Virus record (IMG/VR): IMGVR_UViG_3300025872_000001
From: a virus
Direction: 5' to 3' (one strand)
DNA length: 64,000 nt
Shown here in pieces: positions 54,217 to 61,661 of the stretch (the first letter of the stretch is position 1; each line of letters opens with the position of its first letter). The translations under genes and the position numbers were made by a program. The notes beneath the pieces were generated by a model that did no database searches, was not told the DNA's origin, and saw only the letters and a list, made by a program, of their open reading frames with translations.

Positions 54217-54375
54217 CGAATCGACAAGGGCCGCGAGGCGATCCCAAGCGGCGTCAACTTCGTCGTTGATGGCGTTGACCATATCAAACCAAGCGTGCAG
54301 ATCGGCGCGGTCAGCGTCGGTCAGATTGGCGTACTCGGCGGCGGCGTTGCTGGGGAGGGAGTTGATGAGGTTCAT
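54205..54375 (-). CDS. Small acidic protein (56 aa, leaderless)
   Basis: MNLINSLPSNAAAEYANLTDADRADLHAWFD...; TTGACC-N16-CATTCT-N7-ATG. Confidence 0.65.
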   Translation of the reverse strand: MNLINSLPSNAAAEYANLTDADRADLHAWFDMVNAINDEVDAAWDRLAALVDSGAL

Positions 54376-54664
54376 GAGAGAGAGAATGAAACTTTTTTCG
54401 GTGCGGTCAACTTTTTTTTCAGATTTTTTTCAGATTTTTTTTCAGAGTGTGGAACATTTCGCGCATCGTGGAACATTTTCGTGGAACATTTTTTTCTGCG
54501 TGGAACATTTTTTTTTCTTGACACGCGCCTGGCGCGGGGCCGGGCCTGGCCCGGAATCTTAGCCTGGTGCACCTGGCGAATAAAAAATTTACCGTCTCGC
54601 GAAATTTTGGGTTTTTCACCGGGCCTGGCCCGGATTTATATAGCGCTATATAAACCCTTATATA

Positions 54665-54859
54665 TTATTTACGAAACCAGCGCACAATTGTTATATGGCC
54701 CTTCGGTATAACAACTATATATTCCTCGCCCAACGCTTTAGCAATTTCGAAGTGGGTGCCACTCATTGCGTTTGCTTGCTGGGTAGCGAAGGCCGCAGCG
54801 CAATCCGCGCCGCGAGCAATTATCTGAGACGCCCAACCGTAGTGCATTTGTTTTTTCAT
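54665..54859 (-). CDS. Small hypothetical protein (paralogue of 53483-53668)
   Basis: TTGCGC-N16-TAAGGT-N6-ATG. Confidence 0.65.
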   Translation of the reverse strand: MKKQMHYGWASQIIARGADCAAAFATQQANAMSGTHFEIAKALGEEYIVVIPKGHITIVRWFRK

Positions 54860-54970
54860 GCTGCTACCTTACCAGAAAAACGGCCCCGCGCAAGTTTTTT
54901 TTCGCATTTTTTTCGATTTTTTTTCGCATTTTTTTCTTGCAAGTGTGCGCGCTGCGTGTATCTTTCCCGC
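54860..54970. promoter_or_regulatory. Divergent pair of leaderless promoters with T-tracts
   Basis: Minus strand TTGCGC (54893) / TAAGGT; plus strand TTGCAA (54937)-N16-TATCTT-N6-ATG. Confidence 0.7.
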
Positions 54971-55669
54971 ATGAAACTCAATCTCCTGTCAGTAGGTGCA
55001 GATGCCAAGACAAGCAAGGGCGAGGCTTTCGGATGGCTGACGGCTATTCTCTACCTTGCGCCAGCGCGCCAAGCTGGGCGCGGCGAAGTTTGCACGCATC
55101 GGTCAGCTGGATGCACGCTTGCGTGCCTCTACACGGCGGGGCGTGGTAAGATGTCCAACGTGCAGCAAGCGCGCATTCGGCGCACTCAATTATTTTTCGA
55201 TGACTTCGCGACCTTCAAGGCTCTTCTCTTCGCTGACATCCGCGCATTCGTTGCAAACTGTGAAAAGCAAGGGATGCGCGCTTGTGTTCGCTTGAACGGT
55301 ACAAGCGACATTGCGTGGGAGCGGCTGGGCGTGTTCGCTGCGTTCCCTTCCGTGCAGTTCTATGACTATTCGAAGAGTCCGATTCGTGCCTTGCAATTTG
55401 CCAAGGGCGCAATGCCGAGCAATTACCATTTGACTTTCTCGCGCAGCGAAAGCAACGAAGCGCAAGCAATCGACGTTCTCCGCGCAGGTGGCAACGTGGC
55501 GGTTGTGTTCGCGAACTACCTTCCCCCAACGTGGGAAGGGTTTCCCGTGGTGAACGGTGACGAAAGCGACTTGCGTTTCCTTGACAAGCGCAACGTGGTG
55601 GTTGGCCTCAAGGCGAAAGGCGCAGGCAAAAAAGATGCAACTGGGTTTGTCGTGACCGCAACGCTGTGA
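54971..55669 (+). CDS. GP88-like (radical-SAM-related) protein
   Basis: C-x6-C-x3-C (CTHRSAGCTLAC), VRLNGTSD, QFYDYSK, NYHLTFS, GDESDLRFLD, GLKAKG. Confidence 0.75.
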   Translation: MKLNLLSVGADAKTSKGEAFGWLTAILYLAPARQAGRGEVCTHRSAGCTLACLYTAGRGKMSNVQQARIRRTQLFFDDFATFKALLFADIRAFVANCEKQGMRACVRLNGTSDIAWERLGVFAAFPSVQFYDYSKSPIRALQFAKGAMPSNYHLTFSRSESNEAQAIDVLRAGGNVAVVFANYLPPTWEGFPVVNGDESDLRFLDKRNVVVGLKAKGAGKKDATGFVVTATL

Positions 55670-55707
55670 ACGCCGAGCTTTTCCCTCTTGTTTTGTTCTT
55701 AGTCCTT

Positions 55708-55732
55708 GCCCTTGCGTTACTTACGCAAGGGC
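55708..55732. terminator. GC hairpin, possible terminator
   Basis: GCCCTTGCGT-TACTT-ACGCAAGGGC. Confidence 0.5.
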
Positions 55733-55788
55733 GAAGAAAAAGATAAAAAATTCCTTGCAATGCGGGGCGCGTGTGCTATCTTAGCAGC

Positions 55789-55971
55789 ATGAAAAACAAA
55801 ATGATTATCAACGGTAAGGTGGTCGAAGATTACAAGCTGCACGTCGAAGGTGATTGCGGTGATGGCTCTTGGATTGAGTGGGCGAAGTTCGAAGATGGAA
55901 CAGAGCTAGAAGGTGAAGAGCTATTCGAATTCGAAAAAGTTTACTTGCCCGACTTGGTGTGGGGTAGGTGA
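55789..55971 (+). CDS. Small acidic protein (leaderless)
   Basis: TTGCAA-N16-TATCTT-N6-ATG; AKFEDGTELEGEEL. Confidence 0.65.
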   Translation: MKNKMIINGKVVEDYKLHVEGDCGDGSWIEWAKFEDGTELEGEELFEFEKVYLPDLVWGR

Positions 55972-56196
55972 CACCCTCCCCCATTAATTAAAAATCGCGA
56001 CCCGCGTTTCCGTGGGGGCGCGGGGGGGGTGGTATTTAGTCCGCTCTACCCCAATTTTAAATACCCTAAACTATCTCTTTATCTTCTTCTATATCTATCT
56101 TTATCCCTTTATATGTATACTATACTATGCATCTATGGGGGCTGTGGGGGCTTAATGTGTTATATACGATACGTTATTGGGGGTGTAAAAAGAAGT

Positions 56197-56406
56197 ATGA
56201 GAATCAATTCGGACATGGGTTTAGGAGCAGTAGCAAGAATGTATGAAAAGAACTCAACTTTAGGTTCAGTATCAAAGGCCGCTGATTGGTTTGGGGATGT
56301 GGAGAAGATAGATGAACTTAAAAAAGCATTAATAATGGCAATTGATTGCGGCAATTTCGATAAAGCTTTGTTTATACTTAAACAGTTACAAACTCTTAAA
56401 GCGTAA
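56197..56406 (+). CDS. Small hypothetical protein
   Basis: GTGTAA box 8 nt upstream of ATG 56197. Confidence 0.5.
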   Translation: MRINSDMGLGAVARMYEKNSTLGSVSKAADWFGDVEKIDELKKALIMAIDCGNFDKALFILKQLQTLKA

Positions 56407-56499
56407 CTATTTCTTAACTATCGCAAGATAGCCTACTGTAAGCATCAATATAAGAACAATAATCAACCAATCTGTTTCTAGATCGTTGTTCTTCTTCAC
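56407..56499 (-). CDS. 30-aa membrane peptide (putative)
   Basis: GTG start 8 nt after GTGTAA; WLIIVLILMLTVGYLAIV. Confidence 0.35.
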   Translation of the reverse strand: MKKNNDLETDWLIIVLILMLTVGYLAIVKK

Positions 56500-56693
56500 G
56501 GGGATATTTACACCCCACGCCCCCATTTATAGAAAATGGGGAAAATTCCCCAATTCTATTTGTTTAGGTGAACCGGGAAACCGGGGAGGGTCATTTTACC
56601 AATGATGAATAATATTAATTATAAGGGCAACATCAGCGATGATTGCTAAAATCATTAAAACAAATTGAAAGCGCTCACTCTTAGTGTCGAATT

Positions 56694-57242
56694 TCATTTT
56701 TTATTTATTATTTTTTTAAATCTTCTACTAGCTTGATTTTGCCCAATAACAATTTCATTAGTCTTGATATAGTCTATTTTACAATACGAAAGCGGAAGTT
56801 TATAGTAATTTATCTTCCAATTATTTACGATTTGCTGCAAAACTTTTTGATCCCATTTTTGGGGATTTTCATTATTTAGTTTTATCCACTCGTCTAATAA
56901 TTTAAAATTATTTTCAGTGGGCTTAAAAAATAATGTCCCAGACATTAACTCTTGGCGATAAAAACACAAACCAAGATCCTCATTGATTTGACAGAAAATG
57001 TCTGGAGATTTTTTTAAAACAGCATCTGCGTCAAGCCAAACCACCGGGGTATTTAACTGTTTAAGCTTTTCTTTTATTATATAGGCTTTATATTGACAGT
57101 TTTTTTCCCATGTGCCTTTATTTTCAAAAGGCACTAAATGTTCATCAGTAAATCCAAACTGTTTTAAAGAAATTCTTAAATTATTTATTTCTTTTTCGTA
57201 AGGAGTGTTTTTTGTATATCCGCTTACTATTTTGTAGTTCAC
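56694..57242 (-). CDS. GT-A glycosyltransferase
   Basis: VVWLDADA, SGTLFF, WDQKVLQ. Confidence 0.8.
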   Translation of the reverse strand: MNYKIVSGYTKNTPYEKEINNLRISLKQFGFTDEHLVPFENKGTWEKNCQYKAYIIKEKLKQLNTPVVWLDADAVLKKSPDIFCQINEDLGLCFYRQELMSGTLFFKPTENNFKLLDEWIKLNNENPQKWDQKVLQQIVNNWKINYYKLPLSYCKIDYIKTNEIVIGQNQASRRFKKIINKK

Positions 57243-57271
57243 TATTTTTTTGATTCAGTAAATCTTCAACC

Positions 57272-57904
57272 TTAATCAGTTTCCCTTCGTGAAGTGTGTA
57301 ATGTTCCTTCGGTATCCTCTGTAGTAATTGAGTTAGATCCATATAAAGTTTTAGTTAAACGGTCAATTTCTTCTTGGTCAAGGGGAAAGCGTTGGCCCCC
57401 GCGATATTCCTTAACTTGAATATAGCTTGGGACTTTATTTATGGTTACGCAACGGAGAAACTCTACCTTGCGGCGATTCTCTCTAAGTGGCAAATTATCA
57501 AACAGATAAACAAACTCTGCTGGCTCCAAATTAATTGATGGAGATTGGATATGCTCGCGAGCATAAATGTCATCCAGCGCGAAATTAAATTCAAAAAGCG
57601 CATTCATCACCTTTGCATACTCATAAGTAGCAATAGTCAACATGCGAACCTCCCCGATCTCGCGCAGTTTAGCGAGAAACTCCTTTGCGCCGGGTCTCAG
57701 GGATGTTTTATACTCATTGTCTTCAACTGTCACTGGCACCGCACACTTGCATGGTGTTTCATGATAATCATAAGTGTGAATTAACGTCTCGTCTAAATCA
57801 ACGAATATGTATGGCTTCATGTCTTTATTCCTTAAATAAAAATGATAAATATTATATCCATCTCTCGGATCGATGTAGATGGTAGGATATTGTAACTGGG
57901 CCAT
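57272..57904 (-). CDS. HAD-superfamily (NIF/FCP1-like) phosphatase
   Basis: FVDLDETLIH, LRPGAKEFL, LFDN; alternative start at 57820. Confidence 0.8.
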   Translation of the reverse strand: MAQLQYPTIYIDPRDGYNIYHFYLRNKDMKPYIFVDLDETLIHTYDYHETPCKCAVPVTVEDNEYKTSLRPGAKEFLAKLREIGEVRMLTIATYEYAKVMNALFEFNFALDDIYAREHIQSPSINLEPAEFVYLFDNLPLRENRRKVEFLRCVTINKVPSYIQVKEYRGGQRFPLDQEEIDRLTKTLYGSNSITTEDTEGTLHTSRRETD

Positions 57905-57917
57905 CTACTAGTTTACA

Positions 57918-58109
57918 CTAGTAGCTTTCTATGCCGTTCCTTACAAATCTTAAAATTGAATATAGCGATTCTTTGTAATCTTTGCCAGCATTAGGATACA
58001 GGCAAGCTCCAAGTAAAAATACTACTGTCATTATAGCGGCTAAAACTAGACCAATGCAAGCCCTTACTGGCATAAAAAGATATCTAATTATATGCTGGGT
58101 CATGTCCAA
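57918..58109 (-). CDS. Small membrane protein
   Basis: Single TM helix. Confidence 0.5.
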   Translation of the reverse strand: MDMTQHIIRYLFMPVRACIGLVLAAIMTVVFLLGACLYPNAGKDYKESLYSILRFVRNGIESY

Positions 58110-58696
58110 AAATATTGTCTATACTTAGCTACCCATATGATCATTTCTTCATCAAGCTTTTCAATCTTTTTTATTTTTTTACTCCATGTGTCGCGCCTTT
58201 TCTCAAAAGGTAATTCGTAATTTTCGTTAAGCAGATCAGAAACTTCTTTCATCATTTCTTCTCTGGTTATGGTAACATAATGATAATATTTTTTTAAGTC
58301 TCTTTCGAATTGACCCCTCTTATTCCTTGCTTTAAGTTGAGATTCGAAATGCTCAAAATACTTTTCGCGCTCAACAAGCTCTTTTATAGTTTGGATATTA
58401 AAATTTATAATGATTTCTGGCAAGTCTTCGTAGCGAGAAGGAAACACAATGTTCCTCATCTCTGTTCTTGGGTTTTTGACATAATGTTTTAACTTCCACC
58501 AAAAATCATTGATTTTTGTTTTCAATACCCAATACTCCATAGCAATAAATTCTCTAAAGAAATATTGAACTGGGTAATTCTTTTTGATCTTATTATCAAA
58601 CGTTTCCCAATCTTCCATAGAAAGAGCGAATGGTTTAATGTAAGTCTCAGTTGGCCAATACCAAACCCTTTTTGTTTCTATTTTTATATCTTTCAT
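58100..58696 (-). CDS. Hypothetical protein
   Basis: NYPVQYFFRE...RQYFWT; start placed at ATG 58696. Confidence 0.65.
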   Translation of the reverse strand: MKDIKIETKRVWYWPTETYIKPFALSMEDWETFDNKIKKNYPVQYFFREFIAMEYWVLKTKINDFWWKLKHYVKNPRTEMRNIVFPSRYEDLPEIIINFNIQTIKELVEREKYFEHFESQLKARNKRGQFERDLKKYYHYVTITREEMMKEVSDLLNENYELPFEKRRDTWSKKIKKIEKLDEEMIIWVAKYRQYFWT

Positions 58697-59274
58697 ATGT
58701 ATAAGCACCTCATTTTGCTGGCGAATCTTTCGACCATATCCCAAAAATTTATCCATATTTTATAATGCAAGAAACGATAGAATTTAGTATAAAAGAAATA
58801 TTTATTGATCCAACGCTTTTGTTCTTTTTCTATTTTTTCCTTCATTTCAGCATCGCGAGCTTTTCTTTCTGCATTGTCGGTCTTATCAAACTTAAACAGT
58901 TCAAGCTTTTGCAGTTTGCCGTCAGTGAATACCGCTTTAAATTCCACCCAGCAATCCCATTTATCTTGAACATTCATTAGAAATTCATAAAAATAAATCT
59001 CTCCGTGGAAATTTACTTTATCAAAATATGGACCTTTTCTTTCCATGAAGCCAATTCTATCCATAATGCTTTTTGCAGTAGGATCTCCAGCAATCCATTC
59101 TTCTGTCTTGTATTTTTCCTCAAACAGTTCGCCATTTTGAATGATGTAATGCGACATGGTGCAGTCCAAATCTTTTGTTTGGAATGACAAGTTGTTTTTA
59201 TCAATACCAAGGTCGATCATTTCCTGTGAGAAAGGAAGATCACCCGAAACAGAGATAGTGTCGAACATGCCCAT
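58693..59274 (-). CDS. Conserved phage protein
   Basis: MGMFDTI, FQTKDLDC, FHGEIYFY, EFKAVFTDGKL. Confidence 0.75.
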   Translation of the reverse strand: MGMFDTISVSGDLPFSQEMIDLGIDKNNLSFQTKDLDCTMSHYIIQNGELFEEKYKTEEWIAGDPTAKSIMDRIGFMERKGPYFDKVNFHGEIYFYEFLMNVQDKWDCWVEFKAVFTDGKLQKLELFKFDKTDNAERKARDAEMKEKIEKEQKRWINKYFFYTKFYRFLHYKIWINFWDMVERFASKMRCLYI

Positions 59275-59275
59275 A

Positions 59276-59509
59276 TTATTTTTTGGTTAATTTGAATGTC
59301 CCGTCAGATTGGTCGGTCCAAATGATTTCGTCGCCAACCTTCCAACCTAAACCATCCATCAAGACTTGAGGAATCTCAATGAATTGATCGCCGTTGTCAA
59401 GAGTTTTTACTGGAACAGTAGCTTTTTTAGCAAAAATTTCATCCCAGTTTTTTTGGAATTCCTCTTGAGAGACTGAGAATGGTCTGGGCTTAGATCCTTT
59501 ACCGTTCAT
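59276..59509 (-). CDS. AbrB/MazE-like small DNA-binding protein
   Basis: IEIPQVLMDGLGWKVGDEIIW; N-terminal GKGSKPRP. Confidence 0.6.
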   Translation of the reverse strand: MNGKGSKPRPFSVSQEEFQKNWDEIFAKKATVPVKTLDNGDQFIEIPQVLMDGLGWKVGDEIIWTDQSDGTFKLTKK

Positions 59510-59511
59510 GC

Positions 59512-59712
59512 TTAATTGTAATTCTTATAATCTGGAGAATCAAAAGATTTTTCTAGAAATTCCATCAAGCCATCGCTGAATTTATTGTCTGCCGTTACGG
59601 AATCAAACCAAATATCTCGTCTTTGCAGTTCTTCAAAGACTCTATTGTGGATCGCCTCAAGGTCTTCCATGTAAACTTCGCGGCTGACTTTTAATTTCTT
59701 TTTGGATTTCAT
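59512..59712 (-). CDS. Hypothetical protein (paralogue of 39730-39945)
   Basis: REVYMED motif. Confidence 0.65.
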   Translation of the reverse strand: MKSKKKLKVSREVYMEDLEAIHNRVFEELQRRDIWFDSVTADNKFSDGLMEFLEKSFDSPDYKNYN

Positions 59713-60398
59713 GTTACGGTTACTATAGAGAATTTTTTGTCTTTGTCAACATCAATTACCAAAGGTTTATTGGCTGGCATATACGATTCGTCGAGAAGAG
59801 AAGCATTTGCGTAAATTGTTTTTGGCATAACAAAACTACTTCCACCAGAAAAGTGGATATGTCCAAATACATGAAGTTTTGGTTGGACTCTTAAAGTAGC
59901 CTCAAATAAATCGACGCAGCCAACATGTTTATAGAAACCTTTTGCTTGAGGAGCGACATCGCACATTTTATGCGGTGGACCATGAGTGATAAGAACATCA
60001 GTTCCTTTAGGGATCATGTCCCAGTGCTTTTTAATTGGTTCGCCACGATCACGATTAAAAGCCCAATTAAAAAAAGTGGGCTGCACAGGACTACCCCAAA
60101 ACTTCAAACCCTCCAGTTCAATTCCAGAATCTTGAAGATAGTGAACTCCGTCAGGCATAGTCCTCAAAAAAGAATCTATGTCAGAAGGGTTGCCTTGTTC
60201 AAAATAAAGATCGTGATTACCAGCAATGAAAATTTTATGCTTGTGCGGGTGCGTGCCAAACCAATTGACGAATTTTAATGCATCAATGTATTGGCCATGA
60301 GAACAGAAATCTCCGCAATGGATTAAAACATCTCCATCTGGAACTTGTACCCCAAGATGAGAGCCATGTGTGTCTGACATTACGACTAATCTAGTCAT
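59709..60398 (-). CDS. Calcineurin-like metallophosphoesterase
   Basis: SDTH, HCGD, AGNHD, THGPP, FGHIH; promoter TTGACA-N16-TAAAAT-N7-ATG. Confidence 0.92.
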   Translation of the reverse strand: MTRLVVMSDTHGSHLGVQVPDGDVLIHCGDFCSHGQYIDALKFVNWFGTHPHKHKIFIAGNHDLYFEQGNPSDIDSFLRTMPDGVHYLQDSGIELEGLKFWGSPVQPTFFNWAFNRDRGEPIKKHWDMIPKGTDVLITHGPPHKMCDVAPQAKGFYKHVGCVDLFEATLRVQPKLHVFGHIHFSGGSSFVMPKTIYANASLLDESYMPANKPLVIDVDKDKKFSIVTVT

Positions 60399-60463
60399 AA
60401 ATATTATTTTACTTAATTTTTTTCATTTGTCAATAGGTTTTGAGAAAAGTGTAAAAGATTTAG

Positions 60464-60826
60464 ATGGAAAAAGAATTTAATGCATTCATTTCTGAGAACT
60501 CAGTGCTTCTTGTCGCTGGCGTAGCCTCTTTGCTTTTTAAAGAATTTATAATCAATATTGTCAAGAGTCTTATTTTTAGAATGACTTCTGGCTTAAAAGA
60601 GGATGATGTTCTTATCTTCTGGGACGGTTCTAAAAACCCAGCGAGAATTGTTCGGATTGGTTGGATGTCAACAACTTTGTTTCTTTACGATGTAAATGAG
60701 CAAGGTATAGTAACTGGCGGACACAGAATAACTATGCAAAATGTTAAACTTGAGAATGTTAAGTTGTTGAAGAGATTGTCTATGATTGATGAAGCTGACT
60801 TGAAAATGTTTAAAAAGGACAAATAA
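60464..60826 (+). CDS. Small membrane protein, MscS TM3/beta-domain-like
   Basis: TM helix, then NIVKSLIF..LKEDDVLI...IVRIGWMST. Confidence 0.45.
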   Translation: MEKEFNAFISENSVLLVAGVASLLFKEFIINIVKSLIFRMTSGLKEDDVLIFWDGSKNPARIVRIGWMSTTLFLYDVNEQGIVTGGHRITMQNVKLENVKLLKRLSMIDEADLKMFKKDK

Positions 60827-60835
60827 TAATTTGTC

Positions 60836-61657
60836 ATGGCTTACGTTTCGTACAATAACATCAGGGCTTTTCTTTCTGCTGGCGATTCACAAAGTTTATC
60901 GACAGGATCATATGATATTTTGTATGCATTAAATTTTAATGCCAGCAACACAACTCAATTAAAAAGGATTAAAAGAATTGGTCAAGAGCTTGATTATTAT
61001 ATTCAAACAGGTCCAAAAAGCGCATCAATTTCAACTTCGGTTATACCCGTCACTGGCGCTGACTTTAATCAGTTTACTGGATTTTTAGCTTTAACTGGAG
61101 ATTTTACAAGCGGTTCGTATATTCAAGTTCCTAATTACAGATTTGATAAATGTTTCTTAAAATCATTTGGGTTTTCTATGGAGCCTTGGAAACCAATTGC
61201 GGTAGAAATGCAATTTGATTCTTATGGGTTAGCTACTGGAGACGGAATTAATTCTTATGCTGGACAAGACTTTCCAACTGGCGCTCAAACAGGAATTGTT
61301 TCTCCGTTAAGAGGAATGAGTGTTACTCTTTCTGCTCCAAATTTTACTCAAACAATAAATCAATACGAAAATTTAAATTTTAACGTTGAAGTTGATCGTG
61401 CTCCAAATTTTGAAATAGGTGGAACTTATCCTGCTAAAGTGAGTGTTTCTAAAATTACAAAATCATTGCAAATTAACGGTATATCCAACATTGATTGGCT
61501 TTCTGACTATCAACCTAACACTACTGTCTCTGTGACAGTAGGAATGCCAGACGGCAACTCGTTTTCAGTTGCTGGAGTACTGAGTTCACAAAGTTTCTCA
61601 GTAGATGGCAATGGCGTAGCAAAAGGAGGGCTACAGATAGTCGAAGAGATGGTGTAA
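60836..61657 (+). CDS. Putative virion protein with two tail-tube-like repeats
   Basis: Beta-rich halves with RIGQ / FEIGG loops and CFLKSFGFSME / LSSQSFSVD ends. Confidence 0.45.
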   Translation: MAYVSYNNIRAFLSAGDSQSLSTGSYDILYALNFNASNTTQLKRIKRIGQELDYYIQTGPKSASISTSVIPVTGADFNQFTGFLALTGDFTSGSYIQVPNYRFDKCFLKSFGFSMEPWKPIAVEMQFDSYGLATGDGINSYAGQDFPTGAQTGIVSPLRGMSVTLSAPNFTQTINQYENLNFNVEVDRAPNFEIGGTYPAKVSVSKITKSLQINGISNIDWLSDYQPNTTVSVTVGMPDGNSFSVAGVLSSQSFSVDGNGVAKGGLQIVEEMV

Positions 61658-61661
61658 CTTT

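Larger units (their letters stand above)
50009..54507 (+). repeat. Eight (C/T)GTGGAACATT direct repeats in four pairs spaced 19 bp
   Basis: 50009/50028, 53730/53749, 54448/54467, 54480/54499. Confidence 0.9.
48339..54633. repeat. Nine intergenic copies of the 15-bp palindrome CCGGGCC(A/T)GGCCCGG
   Basis: Starts at 48339, 48434, 50079, 50867, 52292, 52371, 53802, 54540, 54619. Confidence 0.95.
52292..54654 (+). repeat. Two approximately 110-bp direct repeats (52292-52400 and 54540-54654)
   Basis: Palindrome-AATC..CCTGGTGCACCTGGCGAATAAAAAAT..TCTCGCGAAATTTT.GGTTTT-palindrome-ATT(T)ATATAGCG. Confidence 0.9.

Noticed and set aside
48339-54633. CRISPR array interpretation of the palindromic repeats
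   Set aside because: The repeats are only 15 bp, spacing is irregular (79 bp to over 1.6 kb) with whole genes between copies, and no cas genes are present
54695-54970. N-terminal extensions given by the ORF track (54695, 37315, 48953, 50577, 53758, 56029)
   Set aside because: The extensions run across promoters, terminators or neighbouring genes; downstream ATGs fit the promoter or coupling pattern
61652-61657. GTGTAA before phoH as a promoter box
   Set aside because: It is the Val-stop of the upstream gene and only 4 nt from the ATG, so it was not counted
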